A stretch of DNA of 64,000 bases from Pyrinomonadaceae bacterium (lineage in GTDB: Bacteria > Acidobacteriota > Blastocatellia > Pyrinomonadales > Pyrinomonadaceae), in NCBI GenBank assembly GCA_050250045.1, contig JBFWPK010000014.1:20841-84840 (forward strand). The letters run 5' to 3'. The position numbers and the translations under genes were made by a program. Positions 44,051 through 52,408 of the stretch are shown in pieces. The stretch's first letter is position 1. Each line of letters begins with the position of its first letter. The notes below the pieces were generated by a model. The model had not been told where the DNA came from, searched no databases, and worked only from the letters and a program-made list of their open reading frames with translations.

Positions 44051-45592
44051 TCAGATGCCTGTCAGTTTGACGCAAACGTTCTTTTCTTCCGTGAAAAATC
44101 TCAATGCCTCGAAGCCGCCTTCGCGGCCGAGGCCGCTGTCTTTCATGCCGCCGAACGGGGTTCGCAGGTCGCGGAGGAGCCAGCAGTTTATCCAGATGAT
44201 GCCGGATTCGAGTGCGGCTGATACGCGGTGTGCGCGCGAAAGGTTTTCGGTCCAAACGGTTGCCGACAGGCCGTAGCGGACGCTGTTTGCGTAGCCCAGG
44301 ACCTCGTCTTCGGTGTCGAAGGGCATTATTGTGACGACCGGGCCAAAGATCTCTTCGAGGTTTGTACGGCAATCGTGCGGAAGATCTTCTATCACGGTGG
44401 GTTGGATGAACCAGCCGGTGAGTCGTGACTGCTCATCGGGCACACTCCCTACCGGTCGTGTTTCCGCCTTTTTTTCTCTGCGTCTTTGCGACTCTGCGGG
44501 AAGATCTACCGCTTTCCCGCCGCACAATATTGTGCCGCCTTCGCTCTTTGCAAGTTCGATGCATGACGTTATCTTGTCAAAGTGCTGCTTTGAAACTATC
44601 GCACCGACATCGGTGTCGGCATCAAGAGGATCGCCGACTTTTAAGGAAGCAACGCGTTCGACAAAATCGCGTTTGAATTTTTCATATATCGGCCGCTCGA
44701 CAAATATCCGCGAACCGCAGAGACAGATCTCGCCTTGATTTGAGAACGATGAGCGGACGGTAGTCGATAGCATTTGCTCATAATCGCAGTCGGCGAAGAT
44801 AATATTCGGATTCTTGCCGCCGAGTTCGAGCGAAAGTTTCTTGAACATCGGAGCCGCCGTGCGGGCGATCTCCTCGCCGGTCTTTGTGCCGCCTGTGAAT
44901 GAGATCGCCTTGATATCCTTATGAGCAACGATCGCCGAGCCGACCTTTGGGCCCGTGCCGTGGACGATATTCAAAACGCCCTCTGGGAGACCGGCCTCGA
45001 TGCACAGCTTAGACAGCATATAAGCCGTCATCGGCGTGACCTCGCTCGGTTTGGCGACGACCGTGCATCCGGCCGCCAGAGCCGGTGCAATCTTCCACGT
45101 AAAGAGATAGAGCGGCAGATTCCACGGCGAGATGCAGCCGGCGACGCCCATTGGCTGGCGAAGTGTGTAGTTGATCGCCTTAACACCGCCGGGCAGTGAA
45201 GTATCGTGTGATTCGTTTGCCACGTGTATCGCGGCGGTTGCATAAAATCGGAAATTCGCCAGTGCACGCGGAATATCGACAGAGCGCGCCAGCGAAACCG
45301 GCTTGCCGTTATCGACACTTTCGGCCATGGCCAGATCGTCCAGATCACGCTCGATCAGCGTTACCAGTCGCATCAGCGTTTCAAATCGATGTTCAGGCGG
45401 CGTAGCGGCCCACGCCGGAAACGCGGCCCGGGCGGCATCGGCCGCGAGATTGACGTCGCGATCGTCCGAGTCAGGGATCAGTGAATAGACGCGGCCGGTG
45501 GCCGGCTCAAAATTGTCCAGATATTCCGCGGAAGCCGGCGACACGAGTTCGCCGCCAATATAATTTTCGATCGTGAGCATATTTTGAAGCAA
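44051..45592 (-). CDS. NAD-dependent aldehyde dehydrogenase (candidate 2-aminomuconate-6-semialdehyde dehydrogenase)
   Basis: 513 aa. ELGGKNP and FSNQGEICLCGSR catalytic-Cys region. Contains an in-frame family B repeat insertion. Confidence 0.88.
   Translation of the reverse strand: MLQNMLTIENYIGGELVSPASAEYLDNFEPATGRVYSLIPDSDDRDVNLAADAARAAFPAWAATPPEHRFETLMRLVTLIERDLDDLAMAESVDNGKPVSLARSVDIPRALANFRFYATAAIHVANESHDTSLPGGVKAINYTLRQPMGVAGCISPWNLPLYLFTWKIAPALAAGCTVVAKPSEVTPMTAYMLSKLCIEAGLPEGVLNIVHGTGPKVGSAIVAHKDIKAISFTGGTKTGEEIARTAAPMFKKLSLELGGKNPNIIFADCDYEQMLSTTVRSSFSNQGEICLCGSRIFVERPIYEKFKRDFVERVASLKVGDPLDADTDVGAIVSKQHFDKITSCIELAKSEGGTILCGGKAVDLPAESQRRREKKAETRPVGSVPDEQSRLTGWFIQPTVIEDLPHDCRTNLEEIFGPVVTIMPFDTEDEVLGYANSVRYGLSATVWTENLSRAHRVSAALESGIIWINCWLLRDLRTPFGGMKDSGLGREGGFEALRFFTEEKNVCVKLTGI
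44441..44468. repeat. family B element inside the aldehyde dehydrogenase gene
   Basis: CACACTCCCTACCGGTCGTGTTTCCGCC. It lies within an extra segment of about 24 aa (ESQRRREKKAETRPVGSVPDEQS) just before the conserved GWFIQPTV. Confidence 0.85.
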
Positions 45593-45827
45593 CGCCGTCC
45601 TTGTTTGTTATATCGCGGTTGTCCGCAATTCGCCTAGTTTGATCCAGTCGTCGGGTAATCCATGGTGGCCCACGCCCCGTGATGCCAAGGAGTTTGCGTC
45701 CGCAGCAAACTGAATATTCGTTCGGATTTCGTCTTTTATTCAGATACCGGCCGAGGAATCCGGATGAGCGCGTGAAAATGGTCGCGCAAAAGGCCGTTCG
45801 CGAGCGGGCCGAAGGCCCCGAATGGCG

Positions 45828-46002
45828 GATCAGTGGGTAGTGGGTCAGTTTGAAATCGAAATTGGTTCAACTGCACAAGCCCGCACGCAGTAAGGGCGAT
45901 GTCCGGAACGTTGAGTGTATCGCCCTTACTGCGTGCGGGCTTGTGCACTATCCATTCTTTCCAAAATCCGCGAATTGATTTCAAGCTGACCCACTACCGA
46001 TC
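45828..46002. mobile_element. MITE-like 175-bp long inverted repeat with a family C palindrome (45872-45947) at its centre
   Basis: The outer arm GGTAGTGGGTCAGTTTGAAATCGAAATT matches the reverse complement of the other arm, AATTGATTTCAAGCTGACCCACTACC. The inner arm is TGCACAAGCCCGCACGCAGTAAGGGCGAT. Confidence 0.7.
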
Positions 46003-46147
46003 AGCGAGATTGCTTTCAATATTCGAGGATTTGGCTTATAGTAGCAGCACTATCAAAATGCGGTTGAGCCTGGCAATTGGACGATTCACATTTCCGAACG
46101 AGACATTCACACTCGCGTTTTGACCACTTCCTTTCGCCCTTACGATT

Positions 46148-46603
46148 ATGACCAAGACTTGCCCGAATTGTCAGCAGGCCAATCCGCCCGACGCCGCATT
46201 CTGCCTAAACTGTTCGACCCCGATCGGGCCGACGGTGGGCGGGACCGGTTATCAGCAGCAGAGCCCGCCGTTTGTCGGAGGACAGGCGCCATATGTCGGC
46301 GCACCGCCGCAGCAGTATCGGTCACCGCAGGGTGGAGGCTCGGCCGGCGGCGCGAGTGGGCGAGCGATCGGGGCGGCAATTCTTGCCGGGGTGACGCTTA
46401 TTCTGTGCTGCGGCCCGTTCACTGGGATCCCGGCGGCAATTTTGGGCTGGCTGGAACTAGAGGCCATCAAGAGCGGCCAGGCTCCTGAGGCAGGGCGTAT
46501 TTGGGCCCAGATCGGATTGTGGGGCGGCATTGCGGCGACGATCATTTCGTCGATAGCTGCGCTCTTCTTCATGCTGCTAGGCATGGTCCCAGTGGGGATG
46601 TAG
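46148..46603 (+). CDS. zinc-ribbon protein with C-terminal DUF4190-like membrane domain
   Basis: CPNCQQANPPDAAFCLNC. G/Q/P-rich linker. Two TM helices. Confidence 0.75.
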   Translation: MTKTCPNCQQANPPDAAFCLNCSTPIGPTVGGTGYQQQSPPFVGGQAPYVGAPPQQYRSPQGGGSAGGASGRAIGAAILAGVTLILCCGPFTGIPAAILGWLELEAIKSGQAPEAGRIWAQIGLWGGIAATIISSIAALFFMLLGMVPVGM

Positions 46604-46614
46604 GATCGCGAATT

Positions 46615-48045
46615 ATGTCTGACCAAAGCCGGGTAAAGTGCAGCAATGGCCACGAGCAGCCGCAGGCGGGCTCAAAATTTTGTATCTACTGCGGCGTTGC
46701 GGTAGTTATTGTTGCCCCGCCTGTGCAGAACCCGTTTCATCAGCCGCATCAGGCGAGTCAAGGCCCAACGCCCCAGTACGGCAACTACCAACAGCAGCAG
46801 CCGCCTGGAAATCAGTATCAGAATTATCAGGCGAATCAGCAGCAGTACTATCAGCAGCCGCAGTATCAGCCGTTTCCGCCGCAACCGGCCGGCTGCCGAA
46901 CGTGCGGGGGCAACCCGGCTGGTTTGCCGGATAAGGTTGTGATCTGTCGTGAGTGTCGATCTCTCAAACCTCTTGTTCCGGGATACACGGTAGACAATTC
47001 GGCCTACGCCTGGGCAGCGGACGCAAAGGCAATGTCCACGCTTCGTTCGCTGACGCCTCTGAATGCTGCCGCAAAAGCAGTCTCGGAAAAGGTCGGCCGG
47101 CGCTGGATCGAAGTTACATTCAATGGGGTCAGGCTTAGTGAACGGCAAATGCCCCACGTCTACGGACAGGCGGTTCGAGCGGCGAGGATCCTCGGGATGT
47201 CGCATATGCCCGACGTTTATCTTTCGGGTGAACGCCCGTGGGATATGCTTACGTTCGGCACCGACAAAGACTCATTCATCGTCGTCGGCTCAGCTCTTGC
47301 GGGAAATTTCCAGGGTGTCGATATGTTGTTCCTGCTCGCACGCGAGATGGGCCACTGCAAGTCGGGGCATGCGCTCTGGAAAACCGTTATCCGGTTCTTT
47401 CTTGGTGAGCAGGGGCCGTCAAAGGGTTTTATGGCGGGCGGGATCTTCGCGGCCTTGAGTCCGAGCGCTCTGCTCAGCGGCGCGATCGAGATGCCGCTGC
47501 TTGGCTGGGCACGCCAAGCTGAGATCACTGCGGACAGGGCGGGCTTGTTGACGGTCGGGAACGAGGACGTCGCCCGCCGGGTTCTATTGTCGTGGTCGTT
47601 GAAATCATCGTTCATCTATAAGCAAATAAACATCGAATCCTGGCTGGAGCAGCAATCCGTTGAGGACGATTCGTACATCAAGCTTTCCGAATTGACTACG
47701 ACCTCAACTCCTTACATCGGGCCGCGGCTCAAGCTTTTGGCCGATTTTGCCCGGAGTCCGGAATTGCAAAGTTCGCTCAGGATAATCTCGGATACGATAA
47801 AGCGCGCCGCACCGCCAACTAAGCCGAAGCCCCCAGCTGACGCCGAAGTACTGCGATTTAAATGTTCGACGTGCGGGGCAGCAATAAAGATCCCGCGGCA
47901 GGCCCTGACGGGGAAAACGGTGCTTCCAGTCAAGTGTCCCAACGCAAAATGCGGCGCAATCACGCGTCTTAAGAAAAACGCAAAAGCCGGCCGTGGCAAA
48001 CCACAAAGGCCGAGTAGACAGGAGAATCTGAACTATGGCGATTGA
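46615..48045 (+). CDS. zinc-ribbon / Q-rich / M48-like domain protein with degenerate HExxH and C-terminal zinc ribbon
   Basis: ATG at 46615. CSNGH...CIYCG, then a QQ-rich linker. M48-like LFLLAREMGHCKSGH (REMGH instead of HExxH) and ARQAEITADRAG. C-terminal CSTCG...CPNAKCG. Confidence 0.7.
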   Translation: MSDQSRVKCSNGHEQPQAGSKFCIYCGVAVVIVAPPVQNPFHQPHQASQGPTPQYGNYQQQQPPGNQYQNYQANQQQYYQQPQYQPFPPQPAGCRTCGGNPAGLPDKVVICRECRSLKPLVPGYTVDNSAYAWAADAKAMSTLRSLTPLNAAAKAVSEKVGRRWIEVTFNGVRLSERQMPHVYGQAVRAARILGMSHMPDVYLSGERPWDMLTFGTDKDSFIVVGSALAGNFQGVDMLFLLAREMGHCKSGHALWKTVIRFFLGEQGPSKGFMAGGIFAALSPSALLSGAIEMPLLGWARQAEITADRAGLLTVGNEDVARRVLLSWSLKSSFIYKQINIESWLEQQSVEDDSYIKLSELTTTSTPYIGPRLKLLADFARSPELQSSLRIISDTIKRAAPPTKPKPPADAEVLRFKCSTCGAAIKIPRQALTGKTVLPVKCPNAKCGAITRLKKNAKAGRGKPQRPSRQENLNYGD

Positions 48046-49483
48046 AGACAACATGACCATTACCGAGACGGGGCCCGATGGCACGGAAACGGAATTTGAG
48101 ATCACAACCGGGACCGTCGATGAGCTGGCGGGCGAAGACCAGGGCTTTGCCGAAGAAGCCGTCGCCGCGATGTTTGACGATGCGTCGACAGATCAGGAAG
48201 CGTCATATATCGATTACGACGGTGACGGTAAATTGGATACCGCCGCCGCCGATACGGATGGAGACGGACTTGCTGATACGGCGGTTGCCGATACTGATGG
48301 TGATGGCAAGATCGACGCCATGGGACAGGACACCGATGGCGACGGGAACCTGGATGTAGCTGTCTTTGATACCGATGGCGACGGCGTGGCGGATGCATCG
48401 ATGCAGGATACTGACGGAGACGGGGAGATGGACGTTGTCGATATTGACGGTGACGGCGACGTTGATTTTACGACCGAGGCGTCTGAAGGATTGCCGACCG
48501 AAGAAGAGATCTCGACCAACTCGGTCGAATTCACGGTCGGGGACGACGGTTTCCCGATCTCTGATACCGCTGAAGCCGAAACCACCTCGGATTTCGAGGA
48601 GGCCGCATTCGAAACGCCGGTTGAATTTGGTGCCGAGCCGGTAGTCGATACGGTGGCGGACCCGACGATCGACACAGGCTATTCGAGCGAAACCGACAAC
48701 GCGACGGCGACCGCTGAGGCTGATGCTGCCGAGGCGGCGGCTGAACAGGCACACGCCGACGCTGCCGCTGAGGCACAGGCAGCGGCCGATGAGTTCGTCG
48801 CGGAGGGTGACTATGCGGCTGCGGCGGATGCCCGCGAGACTGCCGAGAACGAGGCGTATCAAGCAGGAGATTCGTCAATGCTGGGCGGTTCGGATTCCAC
48901 CGATCTCGAGGGCGCGGCGTGGAAGCAGGAGGTCGCGGAAGATTATCAGGCGCAGCAGCAGGAGCATATCGAGGAAGGCGATTACGAGGCGGCGAAGGAG
49001 GACGCGCAAAACGCGGGTTATGCGACGGGTGATGCCGATTTCCTCGCGGGTGGTGACGATCATACCGGTCAGTCGGACAACGACGTATCTAACCTCGATA
49101 ACGCGGTCTATAACGAAAAGGCTGCTGAGTCTTTTGAGAAGGATGCCGAGTGGTATGCCGAGGCGGGCAGTGAGGATGCTGCCGACGCCGCCGCCGCGAA
49201 TGCCGACGCCTACCAGGCCTCGGCCGACGAGTCCGCATCGCGGGCGGACGAGGAAAGTTACAACTACGATGACGACCCGTCTGCGGCGGTCGAGACCGGC
49301 GGGACATACGATCCCGGAACGTACGACGCGGGTACATATGATGCCGGCGGTTATGACGCAGGAGCGTATGATGCCGGCGGTTATGATGCGTCCGTGGATT
49401 CCGTAGATACAGGTATCGATACGAGCGTAGATACAAGCGTTGCGTCCACTTACGATACGACGATCGACGACGGGACCGTTTGA
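48035..49483 (+). CDS. hyper-acidic repeat protein with DTDGDG calcium-binding-type repeats
   Basis: 482 aa. About 8 DxDGDGxxD repeats. A/E/D-rich helical middle. GTYDAGxYDAG tail. Overlaps the upstream stop by 11 nt. Confidence 0.65.
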   Translation: MAIEDNMTITETGPDGTETEFEITTGTVDELAGEDQGFAEEAVAAMFDDASTDQEASYIDYDGDGKLDTAAADTDGDGLADTAVADTDGDGKIDAMGQDTDGDGNLDVAVFDTDGDGVADASMQDTDGDGEMDVVDIDGDGDVDFTTEASEGLPTEEEISTNSVEFTVGDDGFPISDTAEAETTSDFEEAAFETPVEFGAEPVVDTVADPTIDTGYSSETDNATATAEADAAEAAAEQAHADAAAEAQAAADEFVAEGDYAAAADARETAENEAYQAGDSSMLGGSDSTDLEGAAWKQEVAEDYQAQQQEHIEEGDYEAAKEDAQNAGYATGDADFLAGGDDHTGQSDNDVSNLDNAVYNEKAAESFEKDAEWYAEAGSEDAADAAAANADAYQASADESASRADEESYNYDDDPSAAVETGGTYDPGTYDAGTYDAGGYDAGAYDAGGYDASVDSVDTGIDTSVDTSVASTYDTTIDDGTV

Positions 49484-49517
49484 CGTTCCGCGGACCAGAA
49501 TGAACGGACCGTTCGGC

Positions 49518-50768
49518 CTATTTGATCTTTCCGTACTTACGCAGGACCTTCAGCGTCGGTTCGAGAGGCAGGGCTTCGACGGTCCGGTTTTCTTTGCCCG
49601 TAACGGTTCGAGCTCGGAACAACGAATTATAGATCGCCTCCTCGCTTGCTTCGATCACCGCGAGGAACAGCGGTGAGATCGCGTCGTTGGCAACAACGCT
49701 TGTGCTTCGTGTTCTCGTTCCGGCCGCGAGCGGTTTGATGCGGTTTTCGGCGGCGGTTGAAAATGCTATGGCGTAGTCTCCACTGCCGTTGGTCATTGCC
49801 GAACCGGTCCGGGCGAGGCCGGCCATTGACCGTTCGGCCAGGCGATCGAGCTGCCGATGATCCAACGGCGCGTCGGTCGCGATCACGATTATGATCGAAC
49901 CATCAGCTTTGTCAGAACCGGGAGCGATAGCGACCGGGTTCTTTTCCGGCGAAGAATTGAACCCATGCCCGCGCTCGGGTTTCTGCACCGCTTCCTTTAA
50001 GTAAAACTTACCCAATTCCTCACCGACAGGTGCTCCGTTTATCGTCAAAACACCGCCAAAATTGGACTGAACAAGTACGCCGACCGTGTAGCCTCCGAGC
50101 GATGCCGGCAACTTCCGCGACGCCGTGCCGATGCCGCCTTTCCAGCCGAATGCGACAGTGCCGGTTCCGGCCCCGACCGCACCCTCTTCGACCGGCCCGC
50201 TTTTGGCATTTTTCAGAGCCGCAAATACGTCGTCACGGGTGATGTGCCGTCCGCGGATATCATTCAAAAAGCCATCGTTCGTCTCCGCCACGACCGGATT
50301 TATCGATTGAACATTTTCATTGCCGGGCAGGGCGAGCATGTAATCGAGCAGGAAATCAGCGGTCCGTGGAACGGCCAGTGTTGATGTGAGGATGATCGGA
50401 GTTTCGATCTCGCCGAGTTCATTGACTTGCGTCGATCCGGCGAGTTTGCCGAACCCGTTTCCAACAAATACCGCTCCCGGTACCTTCTCCTGGAACAAGT
50501 TGCCGCCGTGCGGAACTATCGCGGTCACGCCGGTGCGGATGTTCTCGCCCTTTACTATTGTCGTGTGGCCGACCGCTACGCCCACAACATCGGTGATCGA
50601 ATTTAGCGGGCCGGTCGGAAGAACTCCGACGTTCAGGCCGATGTCTCGGGCTCGCGGGCGAGCTTGGGGTTCCAGCCTAAGCTGGCCAGCCGCCGGCGGA
50701 ACAAGTGCCGCAAATAGCAGGCCGACGATCAGAATGATCGCTCCGGCGACGTTCGTCATAATTCTCAT
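49518..50768 (-). CDS. P1/DmpA-family aminopeptidase (Peptidase_S58)
   Basis: 416 aa. Signal peptide. GVAVGHTT and DGSIIIVIATDAPL. Contains a family A repeat in frame. Confidence 0.85.
   Translation of the reverse strand: MRIMTNVAGAIILIVGLLFAALVPPAAGQLRLEPQARPRARDIGLNVGVLPTGPLNSITDVVGVAVGHTTIVKGENIRTGVTAIVPHGGNLFQEKVPGAVFVGNGFGKLAGSTQVNELGEIETPIILTSTLAVPRTADFLLDYMLALPGNENVQSINPVVAETNDGFLNDIRGRHITRDDVFAALKNAKSGPVEEGAVGAGTGTVAFGWKGGIGTASRKLPASLGGYTVGVLVQSNFGGVLTINGAPVGEELGKFYLKEAVQKPERGHGFNSSPEKNPVAIAPGSDKADGSIIIVIATDAPLDHRQLDRLAERSMAGLARTGSAMTNGSGDYAIAFSTAAENRIKPLAAGTRTRSTSVVANDAISPLFLAVIEASEEAIYNSLFRARTVTGKENRTVEALPLEPTLKVLRKYGKIK
49911..49941. repeat. family A element inside the DmpA-like gene
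   Basis: GTCAGAACCGGGAGCGATAGCGACCGGGTTC, translated as NPVAIAPGSD. Confidence 0.9.
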
Positions 50769-50803
50769 GCTCGTATTGGCGGCTAAACGCGAAACGGAAA
50801 TCT

Positions 50804-51397
50804 CTAGACCTTTGCAAAGGTCAGGCCCGTTTGGCCCTGATATTTACCGCCGCGGTCTTCGTAGGAAACGGCGCAATCTTCGTCGGACTCGAAGAAAAGT
50901 ATTTGCCCGATGCCTTCGTTGACATAAACGCGCAGCGGAAGATTGGCAAGATTCGCGATCTCGACTACCAGCCGTCCCGTCCACCCGGCCTCGAGCGGAG
51001 TGGTGTTCACAAGAAGCCCGGCCCGTGCGTAAGTCGATTTGCCAAGCGCGACGCCCGTCACGTTTCGCGGCATTTTGAAGGTCTCGACCGTTACGCCGAG
51101 GCCATAATGATGGCCCGGAAGTATGTAATATCGCGATCCGTCGTTGGCCGTTTGTATCTCGGGCTCGATCAGCGAGTATTGCTCGTCGAAGCGTTTTGGG
51201 TCGATCTCTTTCCCGTGGACCGAGGAAAATATGCGAAATCCGTCGTCCGCCAGCCGCATGTCGTATCCGTAACTTGATGCACCGGCGGAAATGATCCGTG
51301 TTCCGTTGGCCTCACGCACAAGCTCTGGCAGGAAAGGATCGATCATCGCGTGCTCTGACGCCATTCGGCGGAGCCATATGTCTGATTTAATGGTCAT
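50804..51397 (-). CDS. dcd: dCTP deaminase
   Basis: MTIKSDIWLRRMASEHAMIDPF...SSYGYDMRL. ATG at 51397. Confidence 0.9.
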   Translation of the reverse strand: MTIKSDIWLRRMASEHAMIDPFLPELVREANGTRIISAGASSYGYDMRLADDGFRIFSSVHGKEIDPKRFDEQYSLIEPEIQTANDGSRYYILPGHHYGLGVTVETFKMPRNVTGVALGKSTYARAGLLVNTTPLEAGWTGRLVVEIANLANLPLRVYVNEGIGQILFFESDEDCAVSYEDRGGKYQGQTGLTFAKV

Positions 51398-51459
51398 AAA
51401 AAAGGCGATAAGAAAACTTAACTTATCACCTTCAGAAATCAATTTCCAACCGGTTGCGG

Positions 51460-52311
51460 CTACTCTGGCCTTTCAACCTGATCGATCTTGAGGGCACCAT
51501 CGCCGACGGTGAATTTTAGGGAAATGCCGCCGTTGCCCGCCCGTGCGGCGATCAACTTGTCGGTAAACGCTCCTTTTCGGATCCTCGGCTGCAAATTTGG
51601 ATAGCTGTTCTCGATACTCCCTGTCCGCAACACGCTGGCGTCAACTTCGGCGTTGAGGCCCGGCGGCAGGTGGACGTTCATCGTGCCCATGGTCAGAGCA
51701 ATGTCCACGGTACGCCCGCGCCAGTTTCGGGCCGGTATGGTGACATCAACGATCCCGGTGCCGATAGTCGCCAGGATCACACCGCCGATTAGATCGAGCT
51801 TTGCGTTGGATTCGAGAAAATTGACCCGTATCACACCGTCGACACCGGAAATGCTCAGGTCGCCGTTTCCGCCGTCGATCTGGAGGTCGGAATAACGCGG
51901 AACTTTAATGACATAATCGATCCTGAAGGGAAGCCCGAGGAGTTCCTTTGGAAATTTTTTCGCGACGCGCTTCATGTAACGCTTATCGTGCGTGCCTACG
52001 CTGGTGATAGAGGTGTGGCCGATACTTTCATCGAGGACAAATCCGGTCACTTTTGCGAGCTCATCCAGCTCGAGTGAGGTCCGGCCGCTAAGCTCTATCT
52101 CGGCATCGATCTGAATACGGTTATTGTTCCAGCCTTCGACACTGATTGAACCAACCGGAGTCCCCTTAATGGAAACCGTCCCGCCAGATCCGAAGTCGAA
52201 GGAATCCGATTTGAACAAAGTGCGCTTTGCAAGCTCCTGGGCCGAGGCCGCGGGGGCGAGACAAAATGACAGCGCAAGAAACAACGCAGCGAGCAGGTGA
52301 CTTGTTCTCAT
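51460..52311 (-). CDS. DUF4097-domain (putative adhesin / LiaG-like) secreted protein
   Basis: 283 aa. Signal peptide. Repetitive beta-strand units (GDLSISGVDGVIRV...). Confidence 0.7.
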   Translation of the reverse strand: MRTSHLLAALFLALSFCLAPAASAQELAKRTLFKSDSFDFGSGGTVSIKGTPVGSISVEGWNNNRIQIDAEIELSGRTSLELDELAKVTGFVLDESIGHTSITSVGTHDKRYMKRVAKKFPKELLGLPFRIDYVIKVPRYSDLQIDGGNGDLSISGVDGVIRVNFLESNAKLDLIGGVILATIGTGIVDVTIPARNWRGRTVDIALTMGTMNVHLPPGLNAEVDASVLRTGSIENSYPNLQPRIRKGAFTDKLIAARAGNGGISLKFTVGDGALKIDQVERPE

Positions 52312-52408
52312 GACTTTTCAGGTGCGGTCGGGGAGCGAGGCCATAACTATCTTAAGGCCCGGAGAGGCGGAGGTCAACATTTTCCTGAAGGACGTGCGTC
52401 TTTTGCAC

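Noticed and set aside
48078-49436. Multiple alternative-frame and antisense ORFs within the acidic-protein gene
   Set aside because: They are by-products of the GA/GC-rich repeats (R/P-rich mirrors of the D/E-rich frame). The D/E frame has the repeat logic and the translational coupling.
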